From the NCBI GenBank assembly GCA_034670305.1, contig JAXMNT010000022.1:57545-121544 (forward strand): 64,000 nucleotides of DNA. Reading direction: 5' to 3'. Within the stretch, counting starts at the first letter, position 1. Each line of letters begins with the position of its first letter. Below the pieces are notes generated by a model. That model did no database searches, was not told the DNA's origin, and saw nothing but the letters and a program-made list of their open reading frames with translations. The position numbers and the translations under genes are program-made. Of this stretch, positions 52,155-61,175 are shown piece by piece. The DNA is from Deltaproteobacteria bacterium (GTDB lineage Bacteria; Myxococcota_A; Polyangia; Polyangiales; Houyiibacteriaceae).

Positions 52155-52973
52155 ATGACCTTCCAGTTTCCCTGGCGGCCGCTCGCGTGTTGGCTCGCGG
52201 TGTCGGCAGTTCTCAGCACAGCTGCCGTCCGAGCCGACGTCGAAGCGGAGGTCGCGATCGCCCAGATCGACGAACGCCTGGCGATCGATCCGCAAGACGT
52301 GGCGCTGCTCGCCGAGCGGGCGCGGCTGCACGCCGAGATCGGGCAGTTCGACCACGCGATGGCCGATCTGGACCTGGCGACGACGCTGGCGCCCGACAAC
52401 TCCAGTCTGCGGGTTGCCCGCGCCCAGCTCTTCGTGGCGCTTGGCCAGGAGACCGCCGCGCTGGCAGAACTCGACATCGCGCTCGACCTCGAGGACTCGT
52501 TCTCGGCGCGGGCGCTCCGGGCGGCCCTCCGCGAGGCGGACGGACGCTTCGCAGAGTCACTCGAAGACTACGACGCGGCGCTCTCGCGCGCCGATGCGAT
52601 CGATCTGCACCTCGGGCGTGCGCGTGTGTTGCGCCACCTCGGTCGGCTCGATGTCGCCGCTGCCGAACTGCAGCGCGCGGTGGTTCGTCTGCGGGGCGCA
52701 GCGACGTTGCGGCTGGCGCTCGTGGAGGTGCTCGACGAACTCGGACGACACACCGAGGCGCTTCGGCAGATCGACGAAGCGCGTGCGGGACTCCGGGTCC
52801 AGACCCGCTGGCTCCTGAGGCGTGCGAGGCAACTCGACGCGCTCGGTCGGCACGACGAGGCGCGGCGCGAACGCGCGCGTGCGGTGGAAGAGGCCGAAGC
52901 CCGGCTGAGGTCGAGACCGAGCCGAGGGGCCGCCGAGGATCTGGACGCTGCGCGCCAGGAGGTGGGCCGATGA
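52155..52973 (+). CDS. Secreted TPR protein
   Basis: Signal peptide VRA-D; repeated RA..L...G....A...Y/L..A TPR pattern. Confidence 0.8.
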   Translation: MTFQFPWRPLACWLAVSAVLSTAAVRADVEAEVAIAQIDERLAIDPQDVALLAERARLHAEIGQFDHAMADLDLATTLAPDNSSLRVARAQLFVALGQETAALAELDIALDLEDSFSARALRAALREADGRFAESLEDYDAALSRADAIDLHLGRARVLRHLGRLDVAAAELQRAVVRLRGAATLRLALVEVLDELGRHTEALRQIDEARAGLRVQTRWLLRRARQLDALGRHDEARRERARAVEEAEARLRSRPSRGAAEDLDAARQEVGR

Positions 52974-55222
52974 CCCGCGCACTTCTGATCAAGACGCTGT
53001 GCTGTGCAGGCGCACTCTGGGTCGCGCTCGCCAGTTCGGCCGACGCGCAACGGCGGCCGTACCTGCAGCGGCTCGCCCCGACCGAAGTCACCGTCGTGTG
53101 GCGTGCGGCCTCGGGGCCCGGCGAGGTCTGCTACGGCACCGCCATCGACGCGCTCTCGGAATCGGTCCGCGACGAGACCGCACGCACGGACCACGCGATC
53201 CGGCTGACCGGCCTCACCCCCGACACCCGCTACCACTACGCCGCGGGCACGACCTGTCCGGCCAGCGCGGATGCGAACGACTACTTCGTGACGCCCCCGG
53301 TGGCGGGCAGCACGCAACCGTTCCGCATGTGGGTCGTGGGCGACTCCGGGACCGGCGGAACGAACCAGCGCCGGGTCCGCGACGCGATGATGGCGTACAC
53401 CGCGGGCGCGCCGCCGGACGTCTTCCTCCACGTGGGCGACATGGCGTACTCCGACGGGACCGACAGCGAGTTCTCGGACAAGTTCTTCACGATCTACCAA
53501 GACGTGATGGCGCACACCGTCTGCTGGCCGGCGCTCGGCAACCACGAAGCGCACACGGCGAACTCGATGGACCAGAGCGGGCCCTACTACGACGGCTACG
53601 TGTTGCCCTCGGCGGGCGAAGCGGGTGGCGTCGTGAGCGGCACCGAGGCGTACTACGCGTTCGACCGCTCCAACGTGCACTTCATCGTGCTGGATTCGGC
53701 CGACTCCGACATCACCGCACCGAGCCCGATGCTGGACTGGCTCGAAGAAGACCTCGCGGCGACCGACCAAGAGTGGATCGTCGCGTTCTACCACCACCCG
53801 CCGTACACGAAGGGCAGCCACGACTCTGATCGCGAAGGCCGGCACATCGACATGCGCGAGTTCGCGACGCCGATCCTCGAACGCTACGGCGTCGATCTGG
53901 TGCTCGGTGGCCACTCGCACAGCTACGAACGTTCGTACTTGATCGACGGCGCCTACGACACGCCGACCACCGCTGCCGGCCACATCGTCGATCCCGGCGA
54001 CGGCCGTCTCGACGGAGACGGGCCCTACGACATGCGCGGCGACGGGGCAGTGTACATCGTGGCCGGACACGGCGGCACCGGCGTCGGCGGCCCGCTCGGC
54101 CACCCGGTGATGGCGCACGACGAAATCGTCAACGGTTCGGTCGTGGTCGACGTCGAAGGTTCGTCGATGACCCTTCACAACATCCAACTCGACGGCACCG
54201 AGTCCGACTGGGCCACGCTCGTCAAAGGCGAAGGCATCGTGGTCGTCGCGCCGCGGGCCGGCAGCGCGGTACTCGCCGGTTCGGGCCTCGACATCCAGTG
54301 GTCGGCGACCGGTCCCACCGAAGAGGTCGCGATCGACTACAGCCTCGACGACGGTGCGAGTTGGATTCCGGTGGTGTCGCGCGTGGCGGACACCGGCCGA
54401 TTCGGGTGGATGGCGCCGCTCGTCGTCTCCAGCGTGGCCCGGGTGCGGGTCTCGGACGCGGACGCGCCGGAGGTCGTCGGCATCAGCGGCCGCTTCGCCA
54501 TCACCGATCTCACGGAGGACACGCTGATCCCGTTCGGCGGCGTGTGGGAATACGAAGACGACGCAGAACCGGCGGCGGGGTGGGACACGACCACCGGCGG
54601 CTGGGACAGCGGCCCTGCCCAGCTTGGCTATGGCGACGGCGACGAAGCGACGGTGCTCTACGACACCGATCCCAACGTGCCGACGGTGTACTTCCGGCAG
54701 TCGATCGAAGTGCCCGGCGACGCGACCGCGGCTCGGCTCGAAGTGCTTTACGACGACGCGATCGCGGTCTTCCTCAACGGCGTCGAGGTCTTCTCGCGCA
54801 ACATCGGTTCACTGGCCCACGACGAGTACGCGTCGACGTCCTCGGACGACAACATGCGCGAAGGCATGGACCTCGACGCGACGCTGTTGCGACCCGGCAT
54901 GAACGTGGTGGCGGCGGTGGTGAAACAATCGAGCGCCGGCTCGAGCGATGTGTCGTTCGACCTGTCTTTGACCGCCACGGTCCGCGTCGACGTGCCCGAC
55001 GCCGGTCCCACGCCCGACGGCGGCATGCCCGGCGTGGATGGCGGCGGCGTGGGCGTCGACGCCGCTGGAACGGACGCCGGCGGCCCCCGCCCGGACGGCT
55101 CGATCGAACCGCCCGGCGACGAAAGCGGATGCGGCTGCCGTTCCCCCGGCGAAGGCGGCGGGACAGGCGCAGCATTCTCGGCGCTGTTCGCGCTTGGCGT
55201 GTGGATGCGCCGCCGCGGTTAG
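52970..55222 (+). CDS. Purple-acid-phosphatase-like metallophosphoesterase with beta-sandwich domains and MYXO-CTERM-like tail
   Basis: Fn3-like N-terminal domain; GDSG, GDMAY, GNHE, HHPPY and GHSH; C-terminal GCGC...WMRRRG; ATGA overlap with the TPR gene. Confidence 0.9.
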   Translation: MTRALLIKTLCCAGALWVALASSADAQRRPYLQRLAPTEVTVVWRAASGPGEVCYGTAIDALSESVRDETARTDHAIRLTGLTPDTRYHYAAGTTCPASADANDYFVTPPVAGSTQPFRMWVVGDSGTGGTNQRRVRDAMMAYTAGAPPDVFLHVGDMAYSDGTDSEFSDKFFTIYQDVMAHTVCWPALGNHEAHTANSMDQSGPYYDGYVLPSAGEAGGVVSGTEAYYAFDRSNVHFIVLDSADSDITAPSPMLDWLEEDLAATDQEWIVAFYHHPPYTKGSHDSDREGRHIDMREFATPILERYGVDLVLGGHSHSYERSYLIDGAYDTPTTAAGHIVDPGDGRLDGDGPYDMRGDGAVYIVAGHGGTGVGGPLGHPVMAHDEIVNGSVVVDVEGSSMTLHNIQLDGTESDWATLVKGEGIVVVAPRAGSAVLAGSGLDIQWSATGPTEEVAIDYSLDDGASWIPVVSRVADTGRFGWMAPLVVSSVARVRVSDADAPEVVGISGRFAITDLTEDTLIPFGGVWEYEDDAEPAAGWDTTTGGWDSGPAQLGYGDGDEATVLYDTDPNVPTVYFRQSIEVPGDATAARLEVLYDDAIAVFLNGVEVFSRNIGSLAHDEYASTSSDDNMREGMDLDATLLRPGMNVVAAVVKQSSAGSSDVSFDLSLTATVRVDVPDAGPTPDGGMPGVDGGGVGVDAAGTDAGGPRPDGSIEPPGDESGCGCRSPGEGGGTGAAFSALFALGVWMRRRG

Positions 55223-55290
55223 AGGTTGCACACGAGACGACATCGCCCGGGTCGATCTTTCGATGGACACGGGACGAAACCGCGTAAGGT

Positions 55291-57330
55291 TTGGGCGTGA
55301 GCAGGGATCGACGACGCGCTGAACGGCTCTCGAGTTCCGCGCGCATCCTCTGGAAGCTCCAAGGGGACGACTTCCTCCAGCTCGACCGTGTGCGCGACGT
55401 GAGCGACACCGGCGCGTTCGTGCTCTCGGACGCCATCTCTGCACCGGGCGCGATCATCGAGTTCGAACTGCACGACGACACGGGCCACACCATCGTCGAC
55501 GGCACCGCGCGCGTCGTGCGAATCGACCTCGCCGAAGGCATGGGCATCACATTTCTCGATGTGGGGATCGATGCGAGGATGGTCTCGATCTCCATGCCCG
55601 ACGTGGCTCCCCCAGCGGCGCGCGTCGGCGGTCCCCCCCCGCTTCCCGGGGCTGCAGACGACGGGCAAATCGTGCGACCGATCGCCCCGCTTTCTCTGCG
55701 CTCGCTCGACCAAGTCATCATCGGAATCGATCTGGGCACCACGAACACCTGCGCCTCGTGGGTCGACGATGGGCGGCCTCGAATCATCCCTGGGCGGCTG
55801 GGTGGCAACACCATCCCGTCGATGATCAACTTCGAGCGCGATGGTCGGGTGCACATCGGGCAGCGTGCGGCGGACCGTCAGGTGCTCTACCCCGAGGCCA
55901 CCGTCTACGGCAGCAAACGTCTCCTCGGACGGACCTACACCAAGGAACTCGCGCAGTCGCTTCAGGCCCACTTTGCGTATCCGATCGCAGAGGCGGAGGG
56001 GCAACGCTTCGGTGTGGATCTCGGCCACGAGATCGTGAGCATGGACGCGATCGCGGCGCGCGTGCTGCGAGAGGTCCGCAGCACGGCGGAGGACTTCCTC
56101 GGCTGTGAAATCCGGGCCGCCGTCATCACCGTACCGGCGTACTTCAGCGAAGTGCAGCGCGAGGCCATCCGGCGCGCCGCGGACATGGCGGAGCTGACCG
56201 TTCATCGACTGGTCAACGAGCCCACCGCCGCGGCTGTTGCGTACGGTCACGCGCGGGACGAAGAGGCACGCATCGCAGTCTGGGACTTTGGCGGTGGGAC
56301 CTTCGACTTCTCGGTCGTCGACATTCGAAGGGAGCGCTACGAAGTCATCGCGACCGGCGGCGACAACTTCGTCGGCGGCGAGGATTTCGACGATGCGCTG
56401 GCCTCGCTTCTCTTGGAGGGGTTCCTCTCCGCGGAGGGCATCGCCGAGTTCGATCCGAGCCCCCAGCAAACCGTCCGGCTTCGCGAGGCGGCGGAGCTCT
56501 GCAAGCGCGCCCTCTCCGTGCAGACGGAGTACGACGTCCGTCTCCCTGGCTTCACGCGCGACCCACGCCGCGACCTCTTCGTGACGGTCACGCGCGAGGC
56601 ATTCGAAGTGCTCACGAAGCCGCTGATCGAGCGCGCGGCCTCCATCGCCCGGGGTGTTCTGCTCTCGGCGGGCATGTTGCCCACCGAGGTCGACGACGTG
56701 GTGCTCGTGGGCGGCACCACGCGGATCCCGGCCGTCCAGCGAACCGTGGCAGAGCTCTTCGGGCGGAGACCGAGCAAACGAATCAACCCGGATGAGGCGG
56801 TCGCGCTCGGCGCCGCGTTGCTGGCGCAGGAGATCCGCTCGGACAAGGGCCCGGTCCTGCTCGACCTGCTGCCCATGACCGTTGGGCACGCGGCGGACGG
56901 ACGCCGCTTCGTGCCGATCGCGAAGCGAAGCGCGCGCTTGCCCTTCGAGGAGGTGGTGCACGCGAGCGCGGACCGGCGCGGCGTCGTGCAGGTACCACTC
57001 TTCCAGGGAGAGGCCGCGGACGTGTCGCGAAACGAGTACCTCTGCACCGTGGTCGCCAAGGACGACCGCCTGCGCGACGGGGGAACGGTGCGCATCCGAG
57101 TCTCCTTTGACGAGGCCTGCGTGATGGCGGTCGACGCGGTCATCGAACGCACCGGCGCGCCCATCGAGGTGGTCCTCGAACGGGAGCGCCCATTGGCCGA
57201 TGTGCTCCGAGAACTTGGTGTGTACACCGGCCCCCCGGTGGCGGAGACATGGAAGCTCCCGGAGACGAGGATCAGCCGGGTGCTCGGCAAGCTCTTCGGG
57301 CTCTTCAAGTCCAGCGGTCAGTGGGGCTGA
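55291..57330 (+). CDS. PilZ-Hsp70 (DnaK-like) fusion protein
   Basis: RRRAER and DVSDTG (PilZ); IDLGTTN, TVPAYF, NEPTAAA, DFGGGTFD, VGGTTRIP and NPDEAVALGAA; short substrate-binding region without a lid. Confidence 0.9.
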   Translation: MGVSRDRRRAERLSSSARILWKLQGDDFLQLDRVRDVSDTGAFVLSDAISAPGAIIEFELHDDTGHTIVDGTARVVRIDLAEGMGITFLDVGIDARMVSISMPDVAPPAARVGGPPPLPGAADDGQIVRPIAPLSLRSLDQVIIGIDLGTTNTCASWVDDGRPRIIPGRLGGNTIPSMINFERDGRVHIGQRAADRQVLYPEATVYGSKRLLGRTYTKELAQSLQAHFAYPIAEAEGQRFGVDLGHEIVSMDAIAARVLREVRSTAEDFLGCEIRAAVITVPAYFSEVQREAIRRAADMAELTVHRLVNEPTAAAVAYGHARDEEARIAVWDFGGGTFDFSVVDIRRERYEVIATGGDNFVGGEDFDDALASLLLEGFLSAEGIAEFDPSPQQTVRLREAAELCKRALSVQTEYDVRLPGFTRDPRRDLFVTVTREAFEVLTKPLIERAASIARGVLLSAGMLPTEVDDVVLVGGTTRIPAVQRTVAELFGRRPSKRINPDEAVALGAALLAQEIRSDKGPVLLDLLPMTVGHAADGRRFVPIAKRSARLPFEEVVHASADRRGVVQVPLFQGEAADVSRNEYLCTVVAKDDRLRDGGTVRIRVSFDEACVMAVDAVIERTGAPIEVVLERERPLADVLRELGVYTGPPVAETWKLPETRISRVLGKLFGLFKSSGQWG

Positions 57331-57383
57331 GCCCCGCACGCCGACTCATCGCCGCGCGCGAAGACGAGCAGCTCACACGCAGC

Positions 57384-58295
57384 TCACATGAGGAGACCGC
57401 CCTGGTCGGGGGTGAGCAGTGGCGGCAGATCGGTCTCGCCGAGCCGTTGGCGCATGTTGACCTCGATCATGCGGCTGATCGCCTTGAGCGGAAGGCCGTT
57501 GAGGAACATCGTGAATGGATCTTCGAGCACCCTTCCAGCTTCCGCGATGAGTGAGAACGCGGTGCACACGAGCAGGTTCACCGGGATCGTCCACCAGGAC
57601 ATGGTCTCGACCACGGCGAGGGGAAAGAGGATCGCGTAGACCTCGACGAGACGGTTCGCGAGCAACCCGTAGAGGGGCGGCATCGGAGTCTTCTTGATGC
57701 GCTCGCACCCCCCTTGCACGTTGACCAACTCGCGCAGGGTCTGGTCCATCGAGTGCACCCGGAGCTCGCTCAACCGGTCGGCCGCGCTGAGCGCGACCAC
57801 CGCTTCGAGCTGCAGGTCGAGCAACGCGTGCGCAAGGCTCGACTCTTCGCGCAGCGCTGTCGGATCGTCGCCAGAGACCGCGATGCGGGCGCGAAAGTCG
57901 TCGTCGACGAAGGGATCTTCTTTGCGGAGAACGCAGCGCAGGGCGTGCACATACGCCACGTGTCGGTGTACGAGGCGGCTCTGGACTTGCGGGTCCTCGA
58001 CGTACTTGGTGACCTGGGAGGCCCAGTGACGCGACTCGTTGATCAGTCGGCCCCAGAGCTTGCGTCCCTCCCACCAGCGGTCGTAGGCCTGGTTGGTCCG
58101 GAAGCTCACGAAGATCCCGATCGCAGCGCCGACGACGGCGAGCGGCAACGTGGGGAGTTCGAGGAACGTCCATTTCCAGACCTCGACCGATGTCGTCACG
58201 GCGAGACCGGCGAGCAGGAAGAACGCGGTGCGCTTCCACTGCCACAGGAACACCACCCCCATGAAGACGAACTGACGCTTGGCCGGGAGCAGCAT
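57384..58295 (-). CDS. Bestrophin family ion channel
   Basis: FRTNQAYDRWWEGRKLWG, GGCERIKKTP and EDPF. Confidence 0.92.
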   Translation of the reverse strand: MLLPAKRQFVFMGVVFLWQWKRTAFFLLAGLAVTTSVEVWKWTFLELPTLPLAVVGAAIGIFVSFRTNQAYDRWWEGRKLWGRLINESRHWASQVTKYVEDPQVQSRLVHRHVAYVHALRCVLRKEDPFVDDDFRARIAVSGDDPTALREESSLAHALLDLQLEAVVALSAADRLSELRVHSMDQTLRELVNVQGGCERIKKTPMPPLYGLLANRLVEVYAILFPLAVVETMSWWTIPVNLLVCTAFSLIAEAGRVLEDPFTMFLNGLPLKAISRMIEVNMRQRLGETDLPPLLTPDQGGLLM

Positions 58296-58380
58296 GGCGG
58301 AGAGAGTACCAGTCCGAGGAAGGACGGCTGGCAAGGTTGGGGTCGCCAACTCGTGGCGGAGTTGGCAGACTCGCCAGCCC

Positions 58381-59073
58381 ATGGCCTCTCACGAAAAACT
58401 CCGCGCCCTCGAAGAAGAACTGCGAGCCCGCGGCGCCGATGGCGCCCGGTTGGAGCTCGTTCGCCGTGCCCGTCTGTTCAAGCGCTCGTGGGTGGACATG
58501 GCGGATGCGTTGACCACCGTGCGCAAACACGGGTTGTACAAGAAGTGGGGCTACGCAGACTTTCACGCCTACTGCGCGACCGAGCTGCTCCTCACCTCGG
58601 CCACCGTCGACAAACTCACCGGCAGCTTCGCGGTGGTGCAGCAGCACGCGCCCCAGGTGCTGCAGCGCGATGGGCTCGCGCAGCCCATGCCCAGCATCGA
58701 CGCGGTCGAGTACTTCGCCAAAGCGATCGCCGAGCGGGACGGTGGTCCGGTGGGCGACGACGACGAGGACGACGGCGACGACAACGTGGTCGAGCTGCGT
58801 CGTGCCGTGTTCGACGACACCAAGTCGGTGGCGGTGCTGCGCCGCAGCTTCAACCCGGTCTTCTTTCCGAAGCCGGAGGGACAGGAAGAGATCGACGCGC
58901 TCGAGAAGACGCGCTCGACGGCCCGCCGCCTCGAAGGGTTGCTGCAACGCGTGGACGGCCTCGACGAAAAACTCGTCGACGCGCTCCAGTCGAAACTCGC
59001 CACCCTGCGCGAAGACGTCGACGCGCTTCTGCTCGAAGCCCGCAAAGCACAAGAGACCCAACAAGCCTCGTAG
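58381..59073 (+). CDS. Hypothetical coiled-coil protein
   Basis: Strong GC3 bias; FKRSWVDMA...LYKKWGYADFHAYC...EL motif; helical C-terminus. Confidence 0.7.
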   Translation: MASHEKLRALEEELRARGADGARLELVRRARLFKRSWVDMADALTTVRKHGLYKKWGYADFHAYCATELLLTSATVDKLTGSFAVVQQHAPQVLQRDGLAQPMPSIDAVEYFAKAIAERDGGPVGDDDEDDGDDNVVELRRAVFDDTKSVAVLRRSFNPVFFPKPEGQEEIDALEKTRSTARRLEGLLQRVDGLDEKLVDALQSKLATLREDVDALLLEARKAQETQQAS

Positions 59074-59091
59074 CCACTCCGCCTCCGGAGC

Positions 59092-60696
59092 TCAGGTCGG
59101 GTCTTCGGTGGTTTCTTCGCCTTCGGGCTCTTCTTCCGGGAGGACTTCGAGGGTGTCGCGCAGATCGCCGGAGACGCAGCGGTAGGTGCGGCGTCCTCGG
59201 CCGCGTCGCGAGGCGCGGTGCAAGCGTTCGACCGGGCCGCGGGCGCCCACATGGGGGTTCTCGCGGATCTGCGCGAGCGCGGCGCGGATCGCGTGGCATC
59301 CCATCGCGTGCTCCAGCTGCGCGACGGCGCGGATCCAGCCGCTGACTTGATCGGCCGGTTCGAAGTCGAGCACGTACGTGGCGGCGGCTCGGCGGACGTC
59401 GCGGCTCTGTTCGTGCAACAGAAGTCCTTCTTGGCGTCGCAGCTCTTCGGTCTGGGTGGCCGCACGCGCCTGGGCCACGAGCTCGGCCACCTGCTCGACC
59501 GAGGGGCCGGTGGCGACGGGTTCGGGCGGGCGTCGGACGAGCCAGATCACCCCGGCCACCACCAGCGCGAGCACGGCGGTGGCCATCAGCCCCATGACCA
59601 AAGAGCGCTTGTTCGCCGGCGGCGTCGCGTCCGACTTGCCGCGGCTCGTGGTGATGTCGATCGTCGGGGTCGTGGAAGGATCCACGCGCGCGGTGAGGCT
59701 GCCCATCGGTGGGGTCACCCGGCCGCCCACGCTCGCTTCGAGGGTGAGCCGGCGCAGGGTGTCGCGTACGTACGCCGCGTTCGAGGGACGGGTGTCGCGC
59801 TCGTAACGCAACAGCTGCACGACCAGGCGTTGCAGCGTCTCTGGCACGTAGGGATCGCCGGATGCTTCGATCAGGGCGGGGATCGCGTCGTCCTCGGACT
59901 GCTCCCGGACGATTTCGCTCAGCGTCTCCCCGTCGAAGAGCGCACGCCCGACGATGCCTTCCCAGAGCAGGATGCCGAGTGAGTACAGATCGGTGCGGTG
60001 GTCGATCGGTTCTCCGAGCGCCTGCTCGGGCGCCATGTAGCCGGGTGTGCCGACCACCATGCCTCGGCGCGTGAGTGCGTTGCGCGGGATCTCCCCGAGC
60101 TGTGCGGCCGAGGGGCGCGGGCCGGCCGCGTCGCCGACCAACGCCGCGATCCCGAAGTCGAGCACCTTGACGAGTTCAGAGCCGTCGTCGCGCGGTTCGA
60201 TGAGCACGTTCTCGGGTTTGAGATCGCGGTGCACGATCCCTTCCGAGTGGGCGGCAGCAAGCGCGTCTGCGATCTGCGCGCCGAGCGAACACACGCGCGG
60301 CCATGGAAGTTTGCCGTCGCGCTCCATGATGTCCATGAGGCTCGGCCCGCGGACGAGCTGCATGACGAGGTAGGCGCCGCCGTCGTCGAGTTTGCCGTAG
60401 TCCATGGCACTGGCGACGTGCGGATGGTCGAGTTTGGCGGTCGCCATCGCTTCGCGCGCGAACCGCTCCGCGAGCGACTCGTCGTCGGAGAAACGCGGAT
60501 GGATCGTCTTGAGTGCGACCTGTTTGCCGAGCGTCAGGTGTTCGGCGATGAACACCGTGCCCATGCCGCCCTCGGCCAGCCGCTCTTCGATGCGGTAGCG
60601 GTTGCCGATCACCCGTCCGATCCATTCGTCGGGTTCGGGCATGACCTCGGTGGTGGCGTGCTCGCCGGCGGCGAGGGGTTGGAAGCCGTCGCTCAC
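59092..60696 (-). CDS. Ser/Thr protein kinase, single TM with extracytoplasmic helical domain
   Basis: LAEGGMG, VALK, HRDLKPEN, DFGIA and GTPGYMAPE; TM segment; GTGA overlap with the PilZ gene. Confidence 0.92.
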   Translation of the reverse strand: MSDGFQPLAAGEHATTEVMPEPDEWIGRVIGNRYRIEERLAEGGMGTVFIAEHLTLGKQVALKTIHPRFSDDESLAERFAREAMATAKLDHPHVASAMDYGKLDDGGAYLVMQLVRGPSLMDIMERDGKLPWPRVCSLGAQIADALAAAHSEGIVHRDLKPENVLIEPRDDGSELVKVLDFGIAALVGDAAGPRPSAAQLGEIPRNALTRRGMVVGTPGYMAPEQALGEPIDHRTDLYSLGILLWEGIVGRALFDGETLSEIVREQSEDDAIPALIEASGDPYVPETLQRLVVQLLRYERDTRPSNAAYVRDTLRRLTLEASVGGRVTPPMGSLTARVDPSTTPTIDITTSRGKSDATPPANKRSLVMGLMATAVLALVVAGVIWLVRRPPEPVATGPSVEQVAELVAQARAATQTEELRRQEGLLLHEQSRDVRRAAATYVLDFEPADQVSGWIRAVAQLEHAMGCHAIRAALAQIRENPHVGARGPVERLHRASRRGRGRRTYRCVSGDLRDTLEVLPEEEPEGEETTEDPT

Positions 60697-61052
60697 GTGG
60701 CCTCGGGATCGAGAAAGTCGGCCGCCTGCAGCAGCTCGTACAACGCGCTCGACTGCCCAGCGCTCAGTCCTTCGAACCGAACGCCGAAGCCGCGCGCACG
60801 GCCCGCGGTGCCGTCGCTGACCCATCGAACCTTGCAGGCGATCTCGAGATCATCCCACGCGGTGGGTGAGGCGAACAGGAGTGTGATCGATTGACCCATC
60901 AGGGGGAGGCTGCGCGCATCGATGAACGCGCCACCCATGCCCACATCGACGGTGCTGCCCTCTTGGACCAGCTGTTCTCCCGTTCGGAACCGCACCCGAA
61001 GCGCCATCGGGCGTCGCTCACCACGGCGGAAATGAGGGGAGGGCTCCGTCAT
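60693..61052 (-). CDS. Stand-alone PilZ domain protein
   Basis: RRGERR, DVGMGGAFI, KVRW and GFGVRF. Confidence 0.88.
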   Translation of the reverse strand: MTEPSPHFRRGERRPMALRVRFRTGEQLVQEGSTVDVGMGGAFIDARSLPLMGQSITLLFASPTAWDDLEIACKVRWVSDGTAGRARGFGVRFEGLSAGQSSALYELLQAADFLDPEAT

Positions 61053-61175
61053 TCAGGAGCCGTACAATACTCGATCGGGCGCCGTTGCGCTGCCCCGCAC
61101 ATGGCGGTCTCGGTGCATGGGGTGCGCCGCCACATCGTGCTTGCCTCGACTACGGCCTTCAACGACCCTGGCGGC

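Noticed and set aside
55291-57330. Calling the Hsp70 gene dnaK
   Set aside because: The PilZ fusion, missing lid and absence of grpE/dnaJ indicate a specialised paralog.
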